From Tubiluchus corallicola (Eukaryota; Animalia; Priapulida): a stretch of 64,000 nt of DNA. The stretch spans positions 124,001-188,000 of the forward strand of contig JAQGDQ010000061.1 in assembly GCA_030141605.1 (NCBI GenBank), given 5' to 3'. This document shows positions 26,096 to 53,369 of this stretch, piece by piece; the stretch's first letter is position 1; each line of letters opens with the position of its first letter. The notes below the pieces were generated by a model. It ran no database searches. It was given only the letters and a program-made list of their open reading frames with translations, and had not been told where the DNA came from. A program made the translations under genes and the position numbers.

Positions 26096-29000
26096 ATGGC
26101 AGAAGTAGAAAATATTACTGTTACAGATGTTGGAGATTCTGCGGCTGAAAATGCCATTAATGGCACCAAAATTCCAGCAACTCCAGAAGGAATGGCTATT
26201 GCATATTCTAGTCTTCTCATAATGGCTTTATTGCCAATTTTCTTTGGATCATTTCGTTCAGTGCGCTTCCATCAAGAGCAACAGAAGGTACACGTCGATT
26301 TTGTCATGCTTCATAAATATCACAGCAATTGTTAGTCTTACATGGTCGCATAATCTCAACGCCTGGAAAAACTCTGATACTTTTATAATAAATAACAAAT
26401 AATGACTTTGGTGGTTGATCTGAGTTGTTTTTTCATTAGTTAAAGCAGTTTGAAATTGCGAAATTAATGCCTACTTGGCAATTCCCAGTAGAGTACGAAG
26501 TCAAGAAAGCCTATCATTGCATTTTGTAATGAAATGAAGAACGGTTTGCCCAATCAAAATCGCAAAATATACGAATAGTAGTCTGAGGCCTACTAGAAGC
26601 CAAACAATAAGCTCATTACGTTGTCCGCATTGCACTTTTTACTAACAAATGCAGGTTATGTTTTTGTTATGGCACTTTGTCTAGGTTTTCATAAAACTCC
26701 TGTAGGATCTATGCTTGCATGAACTTTTGTTTTAAAGTATTTACTTTATTTCACTGATAATTTTCGTAGACAGTGGTTGTGAGAAACAGGTAGAATCATG
26801 TGTTAGGCCCACTTTTATTTTTTTAAATAAGTTGCTCTTTTAAAAAAGTAATAATATTAGGTATTATCATTATTCATTAGGTGTTATCATGGCTTTAGGT
26901 ATTATTTGTTAGGAGGACATTTTTTAATCAAGACTTTAAGGTATTATATATTAAGTAGCTTTTTATAAATTTATGTTTCACTTTCTTAAATTAAATGGAT
27001 AATATTAGACATATGAACTAAGCTCGACACTCTTAAAAAATGTCAACAACAAACACTCTCAACTTAAAAAGACTCTTCAAACTGTTACAATGAAGGAAAC
27101 ATTTCGCCGAATTTTTTAAATTTAATGTGTTCTACATGTCAAAAACTTTGTCTTAATATTTTTTTCTGATTTATAGCTGACAATTATTTGAAAATGTGTT
27201 TTAAATTTATGATTTTTAGAATTTGTGTGTTGGCTGTGCTGTGAATATTGTGTGTTGACTATTTTTTGCATGTGATTCTATTGAAATTTTCTTACTCTAA
27301 TTCATTATCATATAGTGAGCTGTAGAGTTCTTGACCATTCACATAGATAAATGTGGGTATTATAAAAATAAATTATTATTGCTATTAATTTTTATGCAAC
27401 AGCAAAGCAGTTAAAGCAAAACTGGATGCAATGTTAAACTGTAGGTCAAAACAATCTATTCTTTAAAATATTAACAAGAAACGAACTATTTTTGCAAAAA
27501 TGACTTAGGTGAAAGAATTATTACCATACAAACACAAATTCATGTTCGCGCAACTAGTTCTTCACTGTTACATGCATTTCACCATTTGCTAGTTAGATGG
27601 ACACTAGCGCCTGCATTTTGGAAATGCATTGCACAAAAGCAGGTGCTGTACTTCTCAGTTCAGATGTGTTAGTTTGTGGTGAACTACACATGTTCCACAG
27701 CTCTTGCATGAGCACAGTGGTAAATTTGAAATTTGAATTCTTATCTTAAGACTTGCCTGTATCTTTAGTACAACGAATATCTTGCAGTAGCACTGCACTT
27801 CAATTTTCGCTTTCACAAGTTTACACATACAACACACTCATGGAATATTTTTGTTGTTGAAAATTATGTTAGTTTGTGATGTTATCAATAGTTGGGCTCG
27901 CCCACCATTAGTTAAGTTCTTAATCTATTATTTAATTATCAGAAATGCTTAAATGCTTTTGCATTGTTAATTGTGTTAAAATGTATACTTTTTGTCGGAC
28001 TTAAGAATGGGGTAGTATGTGAAAAATCATCCTGTCTTCCTTTAATATTTATGTTTGAGCATGACCAGATGTGGTTTTACTGATCACTTTAGAATTCACA
28101 TTTCTGCTTTAGGTGGCACTTATTATCTAATTTGCTTTCTGTCAATAATGAAAAATTACTAATTTTGTTGTTTCATTATTTTGAACACTGGTGTAATAAT
28201 AGCTTTTTACGAAACAATTGTTGCTTGTGTGTTATTTATTTCAATGCTTCGTTGGTTACAATTAGGAGGAAAATCCATCAGCAGACAGGATGACTCATCG
28301 TGATGCAGCCATGTTTCCAATTTATGCATCTTGTGCTCTTTTTGGGCTTTATCTTTTCTTTCAGGTGAGACTGTAGATTATATTGCCTTTAATTATTAAT
28401 TTGATGAAAAATTCGATAGATGGCTATATCAACATATTTGCATAGTCTTTTGATATCATAGTGTTTTAAAAAGCACATGGCATCATCCATTTCCTGAAAA
28501 AGTATGTATTATTTATGGGCTATAATCTTTTAACTTTTAAATTGATTAATATATTTTGATTAAATTACACATTAACTAAATTATACTTTTGATAGAGTAT
28601 TAAGTCTTTAGTCAGGAAAAGTAGCTTTTTACATTTATAGGTAGTTGCAAATGTCACAAAGTAACTAGGTAATTTGATTTGCCTTAAACAAATTTCGTCC
28701 CAGTTAAATATGTTGTGTGTTAAAAGGACTTTACTATTTGCAAAAGTAAGTCAGCTTTAGTTTCTATAGTGATGTTTAAACTTACGGATCATGTCAAATG
28801 CAACATGTTACTGTTTTACTAATTTAGTGAATGATTTGTATTGTGTGGTGAGTGTGCCTGGCCCCATCTGAGTGAGTGATTAAACCAAGCTTTTATAAAG
28901 CAGGGCCCCTTGCCAACCTTTAGACAAAAACTAATGTTTAGTCAGAATAACTGAAGAAAATATCAAGTGACTATATTCTTGGCAAATGAATATCTAAATG

Positions 29001-32000
29001 ACTAAAAATTATCTGTTGCTAAAATTTTGGTTAGTTATTGGGAAAGTGAGCAGGCCCTGTAAAGCTTGCCTAGTATTGTTAAGTTTGTTGTACATATAGT
29101 TACTGTAGATATTGATTACAAGTTTTATAACTAAATGATACCATATAATACATAAACTTGCTTCAATTTGGACTTAAGAATGCCACTTAAAATCTGTGAC
29201 ATTTAGACTGTATTTTGAAGTCTCCTAAAACGGGATTTTATTGTTACTGGCAAAATTTGTTGTAACTTCGTGTTTCCTCTGTTTAGTTTCTAATCACAAT
29301 GCATTTTTTGTCAGATCTTCTCCAAAGAGTATATCAATCTACTGTTGACGGGTTACTTCTTTTTTCTTGGTGTTTTGGCTCTTGCTCACATAATCAGGTA
29401 ATTATTGTTCATATTTACTATTTGTAGATATTTTCAGTTGCTTATTTTGCGTTAAACTGTTTTTGTGCTGCATTGAATTTACATGCACTCTAAAAGAATC
29501 TAAAGGTATCTTAGTTAGCAAGCATTTATGATGAGAACTTTGACTTCTAGCTATGAGAAAAATGATTTCTTTTAATCTTTGTGGTTATAGGTGAATGTCT
29601 GCAACAATATTTCATTTTGGTCAGCATATTGCTGATGTTGTTTCACAATGAAGTGTATAACTGTGTAATAATCAGAATTTATAAGTTAAATATATTGCAT
29701 CGTTCTAACAATGCTTCGTAAATCATCATTACTTATAACTATAATGTTGACTTATCGCTATTTCTGACGAAGCTTCATTTATACTGCCTGTATATGTTAT
29801 GCTAACCTATCTCGTTATTATTAATATTTGCAGTCCTGGCATAAATGCACTTCTTCCGGCCTCATTTCCCAATGAGCAGTATCATTTAAAGTTTACTGAA
29901 GGTCAAGGAGACAAGGTAGAAGGTAAGTTATATGACTGTTAATAAAAGTGATTGTCAAATGAGTTTGTTTCACCTAAGCGACATTTTTGTTTCATTTAGA
30001 CTGACTTTGGCTTGGCAGCTTTTTATTAATTTGTGTAGCTTCCGAATTATTAATATAAGTGATGTACCTGGCCATTCTAGCATTTCACTTGGTTTATTAA
30101 ATTATTATTTACTTAGTACCTAGTGCACTTAGTTAGTTTGACTATATCTAGTAAATGTCGTAAGTTAATAGTGGATATTTTATTGCAGATATTATTGATT
30201 ATCAGTTTGAACGCAAAGATCTGGTCACACTTGGAGTGTGCGTATTAGTGGGAATTTGGTACCTTTTGAAGAAGGTTTGAATGTTTAACATTACACGAGT
30301 AATTTGTAATTTGAAGCAACAGAACAAGTGATATATCACTTGCGTGATTGAAATTGTTAAATCGCTGGTGTGTCAGAAAACTTTCGCTGGTACTTTTGTT
30401 TATATTGGTGGATAGATACTAAAAGGATAGAATATTTGTTTATATTGATTAGTTATTGCTGTCAAAAACCTGTGTTTCAACTGTTTTAGTAAACATGTCC
30501 ATACTGTGCAAATCGGTGTGTATACAGTGTGCAAATTCACACTCCTAGGCTGGCTGTCATAAACCATACATATCATATCTAATTTTTTTTATGATTAGAT
30601 GTATGCATATTTTAACAAAAAAATCCCATTTGTGTTTTTTCAGCACTGGGTGGCAAATAATCTCTTTGGATTAGCATTCTCCATCAATGGTATAGAACTG
30701 TTGCAACTTAACAGTGTTTTAACTGGTTGTATTTTATTGGGCGGCTTGTTTGTATACGACGTCTTCTGGGTAAGGCGCATTATTGTATTAGATATTATAT
30801 GATATATTATTACAGTGCTTTACTTTTTCAGGCAAGATTATAAAAATGATCTGATCCTGAAGCTTTGTTTCTTGGCATTGATGTTATCTGGCTTTTGGAA
30901 GAATATTGTATTTTAAACTGACGAACTTTGCTTTATTTATTGCAACTGTAAAATGAAAATATTAGGACTGAGGCTGAACTTGAACTTCAATCACGGTATC
31001 TAAATAAATTACTAGTTAATTAAAGAAAGTTAAAATGGTAGTCTGGTCATACAGTATTACTGCTAACTTGAGAAGGTACTTCTAAAATTATTTATATGCA
31101 AAATGATTAATTATTTATATCTAATTTAAATCTTCAAGGTTATTAATTGATCTATTAGGTTTCCAAATTTAAATATATTCTATCATTATTTTTGAAGGCT
31201 TATTGTGATTCAGAGAATTAAGTACTTGAATAACACTGCACAAAATCATTGATGAACATTTTTGTTATAGGTATTTGGTACAAATGTAATGGTAACTGTT
31301 GCGAAATCTTTTGAAGCTCCAATTAAATGTAAGTTTTTAACTCATTGGCATTTAGTATTTAGCGTAGTTCACAATTTGGAATGGCATTTCAAATTGTGCA
31401 AAAAGTTGCTGATTTTTGCTGAAAGTAACTGTTTTGATTTTATTTCTTCTGTCTGATTATCTGGTCCAGGGTGGGATTATCGTATAGGCTAGTATTGACT
31501 GCCACCTAGGACCCCTCAAGCTTTGGTAACATTTAGCGCAAAATCTGTTTTGCATTACTTTTGTGTTGAAATATGTGCTAATTTGGATTGTTATTAAATA
31601 GTAAAATAGTGGTATTTCTTAAAGAACATTTTTCCTGACAACTATATAAATGTGGCTAAAATGTGTCAGGAGTAAAAAATATTCAAAATGGGGGTGTTTG
31701 AGGATGGTTCCATCTGAAGGTGCTTCATAATTTCATTAGCTTTGGGGCCTCAAAAGATTATAATCCGGCCATGGGTGTAAGCTTAAAATATTTGTAAATC
31801 CATTGGTTGTTTTCTTATGTTCACATTTAACAGTAACGAAGCTAACCAATGAGTAATAAGTGTTTTTTGATAGGTAATATGTTAATACATGCTTTATGTT
31901 ATTTAGATTATACGTTTCAAGTGAGTTTAAGCTAAATTCAGTGCGCTGTATTAAAAAGCAAAGATATAATAAGGTTAATAAACATATTGGTTCATTTGAC

Positions 32001-33795
32001 TTGTTGTTTTTCAGTGGTTTTTCCCCAAGATCTGCTAGAAAAGGGGCTTGCCGCAGACAACTTTGCCATGTTAGGTTTAGGAGACATAGTCATCCCTGGT
32101 ATATTCATAGCTCTTTTGCTTAGATTTGATCATAGGTATACGTGTTTTTAAATTATTAACCACTCCTGCGCTATCATCATGAATTTAATTTAAAATTCAC
32201 TTGCTTGATAATGCCAAACAGTTCAGTTGTGTTGCTACAAACAAATTATTAGTTAACAAACGCTAATAAAGCGCTAAGTTTTGTGACGTGGTTAGTGATG
32301 GCGTAGGTCCATATTTAAGTTGTGTTGTGTTTTTGGCTGTAGCAGCCAGTTTTTCCTAACATCAGAGGCTGACTTCTCCTAAACATTTTTATGACTTTAT
32401 TTGTCATACTGTTTATTGTTTTCTTTTACTGTTCTGTTTGTTATCATAGCTTTTACTTTATGTATTCTTTAGGAGACTTAAGGAAGCTTGTTTAGCTCAA
32501 TACTAATACTATAGTTACAGGTGTGATAAAATAAATATAAATACTTGTTTTCAAAATATGATGTGTAGTATTTATGTTGTGAATTCTTTAGCCTAAAAAA
32601 GAGACCAAATGGTAGGACATACTTCTATGCGAGCTTTGTAGCCTACGTTCTCGGACTTCTTACAACTATTTTTGTCATGCATGTATTCAAGCATGCTCAG
32701 GTATGCAATACATGGTTTCGCTTTTGCTCGTTTACATTAATAGCCGGTGACCACTTATGTGTTTAATTTAACCTGCATCGTCTTTTATTGTATTTTGAAA
32801 CCACCGAATTTGCAGTTACAGATCCAATAGGTTTTAAATTTGTTTCTCTTGCATGGCACATTCCTATGCATTTAATTGCACTTAAAATAGGTAAATAAAT
32901 AAATAAGCAGAGTTAGGTATTCCAGTATTAGACTTCCAATTATAATTTTGAGCAAATTCTTAGGTATCTCAAACCATTGTTACAAAATTTTAAATATCTC
33001 TTTCAGCCAGCTTTGTTGTACTTAGTGCCAGCTTGTATTGGTGTGCCACTGTTAGTGGCACTCATTCGAGGGGAAATCAAAGACCTTTTTGCGTATGTAA
33101 AATATTTTTATTGTGCAGATTGTTTTTGCTTGTGTTTAAATGTGTTAAATGAAAAACAGTTCAGGATGCTTTGTGTACATCGACGCTGTGAACAGTTCGT
33201 TAATATGCAATACACGTACTAAACACTGAGCTGTATTTTTTTACGATGACTTATATAATGATGTGTGCGATGGTCGTATTTCGATGGAATATTTCTGTAT
33301 GTTGTTGTGTCACATGAAGCCTGTTTGTTAAAGCAGTTTGGGCTTCTTTGCAAAGTGATTCTTAAGAACTCCTTAAAGTGTTTTGCTAATTGTGATTTGT
33401 TAATGCAAATATTTTCTGAGGTGTTTTTCTGCAAATCTTTCTGGAAAATACAAAATATCGATATTAATTAGTTATTACTAATCTCAGTTAACTTTTTGTT
33501 CCTTGTCAACAGAATTGTTTGTACAAAAATATTTTAAAAATGACTAATTATAAAGATGAGAACTGGGTATGCAGTGGAGCCATGTTATTGCTAATAGAAG
33601 TCAGTATTACTAATTCATATATACTGAAACAAATGTCTTGACACTGAGATTGTTAAACATGCGAAAAAGTGCTATTTTTTTTTAACTTCTGTGTTTTACA
33701 GATATGAAGATAATCCAGCAAAGGTTGAAGACGAGTCGAAAAAAGTTCTAGATGATTCCGGAAAAGTCAAAGATGAATCTAAAAAAGACAACTGA
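26096..33795 (+). CDS. HM13: Signal peptide peptidase (minor histocompatibility antigen H13), GxGD intramembrane aspartyl protease, 380 aa
   Basis: Exons 26096-26287, 28266-28364, 29315-29397, 29834-29922, 30189-30274, 30644-30769, 31271-31328, 32015-32135, 32592-32700, 33007-33092, 33702-33795 (1143 nt). Catalytic YD (VYDVFW), LGLGDIVIPG and QPALLY motifs. C-terminal KKDN* fits the KKxx ER-retrieval signal. Confidence 0.97.
31467..31773. mobile_element. MITE in HM13 intron 7
   Basis: Imperfect TIRs cagggtgggattat ... ataatccggccatg. The TSD is not clear. Confidence 0.5.
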
Positions 33796-35596
33796 TAGTG
33801 ATACGATGGTCATCGCTACACTTGTACTACATTTATCTATGAATGATTAATTCCTCATTTATTATTTATCTTCACTGGCTGATTCTGTATTTTTCTTAAT
33901 GCTAGTGTATTGAATTTTATTTGAGTTGAGATTCATTGTGTATTGTGTTAACGTGAATGACGTTGCATTACAAATCAATGTAGATGATTTAGAGTACTGT
34001 ACATTTTGCTGCTATATTTTACTGACAACTCTTAGAATTTAACAAAATAGGTTAATATATTCTTAAGAGCAGTTTGACTTGGCTTTTTTTAGTAAGAGAA
34101 AGAACTAAAAGAAGATAGATATAAACAAAAACATTAATCTCAAGCTTTTTTTCCTTTATAATGCTTCTCCAGTTTTTTCACTCGTGTGGCAGTTAATTGC
34201 GTGTTATGGTTCATGGGATGAGTAATGCTGTCGAAAATTGAGAAAAACCCATGACTTAGATCTAACTTTGCCCAACTCCATAGTGTTATATCTGTCTGAA
34301 GAAAAATATAGCAGAGTTTACTGCAAATTAAATTTTGACAATTTAGGATGGTGGTTATTTTTGAGATATTTTTGCAAGTTTAAAGTAGACCTCTGCATCA
34401 CGTTTATTTCATGGTGTGCTATTTGCCTGTCTTTTCTGAACTTTTTCTTGAAGTAGTTTTCCAAAATTGTATTTATGGTTATGGCCTGGTTTTTTGTTTA
34501 TGTGCACATACCCAGTTTGTGCCTAATTATGTGTATAATACATGTAGCAGTTTAGGTGTATACATGTAGGATTAGGCACAGTTAAATATGATATTAAGTT
34601 ATTATTGTAGTATTTTTTGAACTTTGGAAATGGTGAATCAATAACTCAAATGTCTGAAGAATGATGTTATTTTAATTTAATAGCAGCATTGCTGCGCTAA
34701 AATTATATTCAATAAAATTCTATGTTTGTGGTAAACAGTTCTTTTATTGACATTATTGAAAAAATCCGAGAGTGTGGAGATCTAAGCAAGAGGAGGAAAA
34801 ATTAATGTGTTGGTAAGAAAGATCATAGTGCAACTCTATATGGTTGTTGTTGTTGATTGTCTGTGTTGTTCCTGTCTTAGTTACTTGACTTGCCACTGTG
34901 ACATTAATACTTTGGTGCAGTAAATTGTTCTGTATTGACACTCGTTGTTATTGTTCCTTTCCCCAACTAAAGGTTACATCATCATTATAATAATTTCTGT
35001 AGTATTATTTCATTGGAGCTGAGCAGCAGTTTTCGACGTTGTTCAATAGATGTCACGCATGAAGTGAAATAAACCAATCATGTTGTCGTTGGAAGAGCAC
35101 GTGAACGACGGTGATTTTATTGTTAACCAACTTGCCGGGAATTTTCTCTTGTAAATTTTGCATTTTGCTTTTCAAAAGGGAGTTGTTACTTGTTATTTAA
35201 GGTTTGTACTCGCTATAGATAAATTATCGCCGCAAAATGTTTAGCTAGCATTTGTAAGGTTAATGTTTATGCCTGCAAACTGTGAAATATGTGGACGTGC
35301 TTCAAGTGGTAGACCTGGCTAAATCATAAATTCGGGAATCTTGGTCATTTGGCTTACATAGTAGAATCCATGTATAATAAATGCAGTCGCTTGTGGCCAC
35401 TGCGGCTGGAACGGAACTGTAAAATGCTTTAGACCTCATTAAATACCATTGAATCTATAAATATAATATTAATGTTACTTTTAATTTTATGGTAATACTA
35501 TTACTAAGTAAATAGTAAATTTATTTAGCTTTATAAATTTAATACAATAGTTAGGATGTTTGTGCAAAATAATACGTATAAATATGTGAAGAAATA

Positions 35597-35925
35597 ACCG
35601 TTACCGTTACCTCGAAGGATAGCGGTTAAGCATAAATAGCTCATGGACCTCTCCATTCTTTCTTGTTTACTTATAGAAAGTGAACAAAATAGGTGGCCAC
35701 ACTGCGGTCATGAACCGTAGCACAAGGTTTCTTGTTGCCATTGTGGCAACCTGGGGTCTATATATTTTTCAGGATTGCATTTCCAGTGTCTATCCAGGCG
35801 AGACTTAAACTGGGCAGGATTGGAGGCTTGGACTACAGTGTCAGGCAGCGTGTTCCACTCATTAATTACTTGCCTTGCAAATGTGAATCTCCTTCTACTA
35901 ACATTCAATCTCCCAGTCAGTCACC
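35597..35925 (-). mobile_element. CR1/L2-type LINE 3' end (ORF2 C-terminus, 3' UTR, (GGTAAC)n tail)
   Basis: RRFTFARQVINEWNTLPDTVVQASNPAQFKSRLDRHW matches the conserved CR1 ORF2 C-terminus. The element ends in ggtaacggtaacggtta on the minus strand. Confidence 0.8.
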
Positions 35926-36125
35926 TCTAATTAGTATCATTAATATTCTATGCACATTGATATTGTGTTAGTGGCAATTAGTCAAAGTTGTAATTACATA
36001 AATTCAATAAAAAATGCAAATATTTCTATATTCATAATATTGTGCAAACATTACCTACATGCATACTTTTACATATACTGAGAATGTGATTACCATTGAA
36101 TTGTTTAGTGGTACTAGCCTGCTGA

Positions 36126-36270
36126 TTACACCACTCCCAGTGCACTTTTAAATGTACTTATGTTTTCTGAACCTATTACATTCCTTAGGAGATGATTCCA
36201 TGAACTAATCACACAATGACTAAAGAAATGTTTCTGTACATTAGCTGTAACTCTAGGACCAAAAAGTTTA
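36126..36270 (-). mobile_element. CR1-type LINE ORF2 C-terminal fragment
   Basis: VQKHFFSHCVISSWNHL...VIGSENISTFKSAL motif. Confidence 0.7.
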
Positions 36271-37469
36271 TCAGTTTGTCGACGAAAGCTGACAAAATGG
36301 TCTAAAAAAGAAATCAGAGGACCGTAGCTTAGTATCATCATTTAAAATCTTACCAACTCATTACCAAAGTGCATTTGCCAGCTCAATAGTACTATGTCTT
36401 TACTCTAGACTCGACTCTACTCTATGTCTTTATTTTATCATATGCTAAAAGGCCATATTAAAATAATGTCATTCTCAAGTTTGTCAGTGTTGAATGACGT
36501 GTGGACATGAGAATGACAGGTGAAATAAAGAACATTTTTCAAGTTTGATTATATTAACCTTATCTTGATTTTTGTCTGTGTCGTTTGTCGTATTCTCAGA
36601 ATAAAAAGCCAATAAAAATGCGCGCTGACGACTCAGCAGGAAGATCCCATTTGCAGCGGGTGCTAAGGCAGCCAAAACACGCGAAATTCAAAAATTCAGC
36701 ACCTATTGTTTTATAGATTAATATTGTTATACATGTATTGCTTTGTAAATTAATTGTACAAGTGTGACTGAGTGAAGAAACTGTTGTGTGCATGTGATGA
36801 ATAACTTGAATTGAATGTGGAGTGCGTAGAGCAGAGAATTCTTAACACGCTTTATAGACACATACAGAGAATTGGAGCACTTATGGAATGTTTTGTTTGG
36901 TTGTTACAAGCACAGAGAAGGATATAAAAAATTATTACACTATACATATATCCCAGAAATTATTAAGGACAAGATTTGTAATGAGATTCGAACAAAATAC
37001 TGTAGTGGTGTGTATGATAAACTGGTTGCTAAAAATCTTAGTGTGACCTACAGTCTAGCAGCATGAGAAATTGACTCTCTCATGATCACTTTTCTGTATG
37101 ATAGGTGAAATTTTATCTAGCAAGTCATCTAAGTTGTTGGTGTCATCTGCATGTAATTTAAAAAGTACCTTGGCACTTCGGTTCTTAATTCTTGAAATAT
37201 TTACTTGATATTATGTTCCTTTTTCGCTTCTTCATCGTAACTGTTTTTTAATCCATGACTTCTTTTTTCTGTGATTTCCCCCTCTATCTACAGAAGCACA
37301 TAGTGTAACTAGTACGAACAAAGCTCGTTTTTGTGCAGACTGCCTTGGCGCCGTATCAACACCCATTCAACAAATTGTTATATGCAAACTAACTGATAGC
37401 GAAAACTGATCGTGTAGACACAGGTGATACTTTTGAATGACCGTTTGGACATTCTGTAAGTGAAGACAG

Positions 37470-37720
37470 TGCTTATGAGTTGCTTCTAGACAATGGGTGT
37501 ACCTATTATACCGTTGTGACCTTGCAACCGCAGAGTATTCTAGGCCAAACTTTATATAAAGACAGAAGATTTTACATAAAGACGAACTTTATGACAGAAT
37601 AATCTCTGCTGATTGCAGTTCGCTTTATCATACCTATACATCTGTTGGCTTTCCTTTCTAATTTAGCAATATGATCATTAAACTGCAAATCATTAGCCAC
37701 AATCACTCCTAGGTCTTTAA
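37470..37720 (-). mobile_element. CR1-type LINE reverse-transcriptase fragment
   Basis: The minus strand reads KDLGVIVANDLQFNDHIAKLERKANRCIGMIKRT, the typical post-RT CR1 motif, followed by stops. Confidence 0.7.
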
Positions 37721-37739
37721 AGGAAAGGCCAAGTGTCCT

Positions 37740-39060
37740 AGGAGGTTAGGCTTATTTCTATGTTCGCGAGAAATGTTAGAAGGATTTAGTAATTGAACTG
37801 CAATAAGCGCCTCGTGTAACTAATAAAATCATTTTAAAGTCGCGATCACTTCATGCTTGGACGCTCACGCTTTCAATGCCCATTCTTCCAATGACGTCAC
37901 TCATCTTGAAGGAAAGTAACGCACTGTCAGTCTTCATCAAAAGTATAACAAGTTTTTACAAAAAAATTAGATTTTGCAAAATTTACAAAAATAGCTGATT
38001 TTGTAATATTTTTCCGTGAACATTAGGTAAACTGCAGAAGTTAAGCAGCGCGCGCTTACTGAAAGCCATGATGCACTTATGAAAAGTCACGAAGTCTCCT
38101 GGTTGTGTCATAATTTTCAAGTGAATGGCGGCAACCATCACGCCTGAAAATTTCTATACAGAAATAGTATATTAGTATATTTTAAATTTATGGCAGTGTG
38201 CTTTATAAGCAGTTCTTTGCAAATTTCTTTGTTATATTTTTTTCTAAGTTTAAGTGGTAACAGTAAAATAAACCCAACATGCATGAATTAGTAAAGAAAA
38301 CTAGATCTATGACTGAAATTGAAATGTGTTAGTTTTGTTTTTTCGCATTCTAAATTGTGTTGTCTACTGAAAAGGTTCAGAGTGAATTGTGTTGGTATGG
38401 GGTGATGCACGCATAGGTTGACACTATCCATAGTTAGTTGTGCAAACACAGACACAAATCATGTTTTACTGTGCAGTACCTGTGGCCAAATTTCCACTAG
38501 AAACAATTTCTTAAAAGATAAGACAATTTGCCCAAGAACAGCAAAAATTTGGTCAATCCAATTTTTAGTACGGCTTTGTATGGCTTCAGTAGTTTTATGA
38601 TAATGTGGTTCGTTACAGTTTTCATTAATCTAGTGCTTCACATTTTGTGACGTCCGCCTCACTGACTGTACTGCCGCCAGTGAAGTGCGTAAATTGTTGC
38701 CATTATTTATTGCAATTATTTCACCTGCCATTCTTGGGAACGATAGTAAAACGGATCAATATTTCAGTGACTGCATTACTTACAATTGTTGGTGTAATGG
38801 AGAAGTGAGTACCAGGGACAAATAGTAAGTAAGTGTGTCAAACTGATCAATATGCACTATTTTACTTAATCATTTGAAATAGGCCTATTCCATTCCTGTT
38901 TCACTTAAACGAAGAGTCAAGTCTCTCAAGATGTTGAGCTTATTTTAATATTTGAGAAAAGTGTTAGAAAGTTTCGGCAATAAAATTGTGGTAAGCGCCT
39001 CGTGCAATAAGTTAATGTAAAGTCTTGAATACTTCGTGCTTGGACACACTCATTTTGAAT
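37740..39060 (+). repeat. Two direct copies (~37740-37880 and ~38930-39060) of a ~130-bp interspersed repeat
   Basis: gagaaa(a)..gttagaa...taagcgcctcgtg...aaagtc...acttc(a/g)tgcttggac is present at both positions. Confidence 0.6.
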
Positions 39061-39769
39061 GAAAAATGCCGTCACCGTGCTCGTAAATATAAACACTTAT
39101 CCCACCAGGTTCAGGTGCTGTTACAATTGTCAACTATAAACAACCAAAAATGTTAAACTAGAGATTATTAATATTATTTTTTGCTTTTTCATAAATCTCG
39201 ATCATTGCCCGTTGTAATGAAAACTGATGGTGATATAATAACTGGAATTAACCCGGACAAACTAACAGAGTAATTATTTTAGTACCTAAACTGAACTCTG
39301 TAAATTATGTAACCCGCCCAGCACTTACTATGCGTTTGCAGAGTTGCATGTTTATCTGAAAGTCAAAAAAATATGTAAATTTATTATGTACACACTTGCA
39401 CTTACATATTTTAGGTACAGCCCTGTAGATTAAAGTTATGTAAACACTTTAAAATTGTTGATAATTGATCCGATGATTAATTTTTACAAACACAGTTATA
39501 CACTACGCTAGAATAGCGGAACTTCTAGAAGTTTTATTACACATATACTTTCGCGGCATTCACGCTGTCCAACAGCTTACGTCATTTGCTTCAAATATGT
39601 CTGCAGCAAAGTTTATTTGGCTAAAGATACGAAATGTTTAAATTTCTTTTACATTTTTAGGCAAGTTGTTTTATATATTGTGTGGTAATTTCTAAATATA
39701 ATACAATGAATGTTTTTCAAGGGTTGGTTTTCCTTTAAATATGCTATTCACATATGCATCCATTAGTCA

Positions 39770-40061
39770 TTTAACGGACAAGAAAAGGGGTATCTGAAGT
39801 AGGTTTCAGAAAAATCGCCTTAAAAATTATATTACTTTACAGCAATTTTATGCATATATCGTACTCGCGTTAAAAGGAATTTTGTTGTTTTCATTTTAAG
39901 TCCTCCATAATACTATTTTGATGGCGCCATTATATGATGTCACTTATACAAACGTAAATCAGAAAAAGAAAAGGCAATATTAAATTATGTCCGAAAGCTT
40001 TTTGTGCAAATCTGTTTTACTTAGCATTTTGCTTACCTGCTGGAAAGACTTATGTAACTAG
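39770..40061 (+). repeat. Interspersed repeat, copy 2 (possibly Helitron-derived; ends CTAG)
   Basis: Inverted homologue of 15180-15490. It ends cttacctgctggaaagacttatgtaaCTAG. Confidence 0.7.
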
Positions 40062-40763
40062 AAATAATAACTTAAATTTTCGTGCCAATTGGTAAAATGT
40101 CGCTGGCTCACCCTCCATTCATTAACCAAAAACATATTTTTAATGTTATTGACAAGTTACAGTAATTTAAAATTTTATTTAGCATGTGTGCTACGAATGC
40201 TCTGATTATTTTTTCAAACTTTATGCAATGTTATCTGAACTCCTTTCAAACGACTTACCATCAAAATGGCTGTGTCTAACGGTCATCGCAGGAGTTTAGA
40301 TCTGCAAGTTTTATACAGTGTTACTGTTAATGCAATCCCTGCATGCAAAAAGGCAGTACGTAAGTGGTATAAAATTTCAAGACGAATTTTTTAAGCTTTA
40401 TGTAAGTGGAGGGTTTTCTTGTGCTTTAAGCATTGTCTGCAAAAGTTAACAATAATTACCTTACCTGCATATCAAAACATGGTTAGGTGGAGAGGAACAA
40501 GAACAAAATAAAGGTGCTTAAATTGTAAATCTCTAATTCTATTACAGGAATTTTGTCAATGTCCTGTGGGCCAGGAATGTTGTTGCAGCAATTGCATCCC
40601 TCAGTTCCCTTACAGCTCTCATTTACCTTCACTCTCCTTGTTGTTCTCACTGGCTTCTTTCTGCTTGCAGGTCTAGCAGACAACACCCAAGCAGGCGAAC
40701 TTTAGCATTATTACACTTTCTTTTGGTTTGTTTTACCTTTTTGTGGCTGCACAGAAAAGAGAA

Positions 40764-53369
<12,606 letters not shown>

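Noticed and set aside
35734-35750. GTTGCCA-TTG-TGGCAAC X-box-like palindrome
   Set aside because: The spacing is too long for an X-box and it lies in a CR1 3' UTR, so it is more likely the element's stem-loop.
37438-37455. Candidate stathmin first exon MTVWTF|gtaagt
   Set aside because: Splicing to 43691 creates TAA, no bridging exon was found, and it abuts a CR1 relic.
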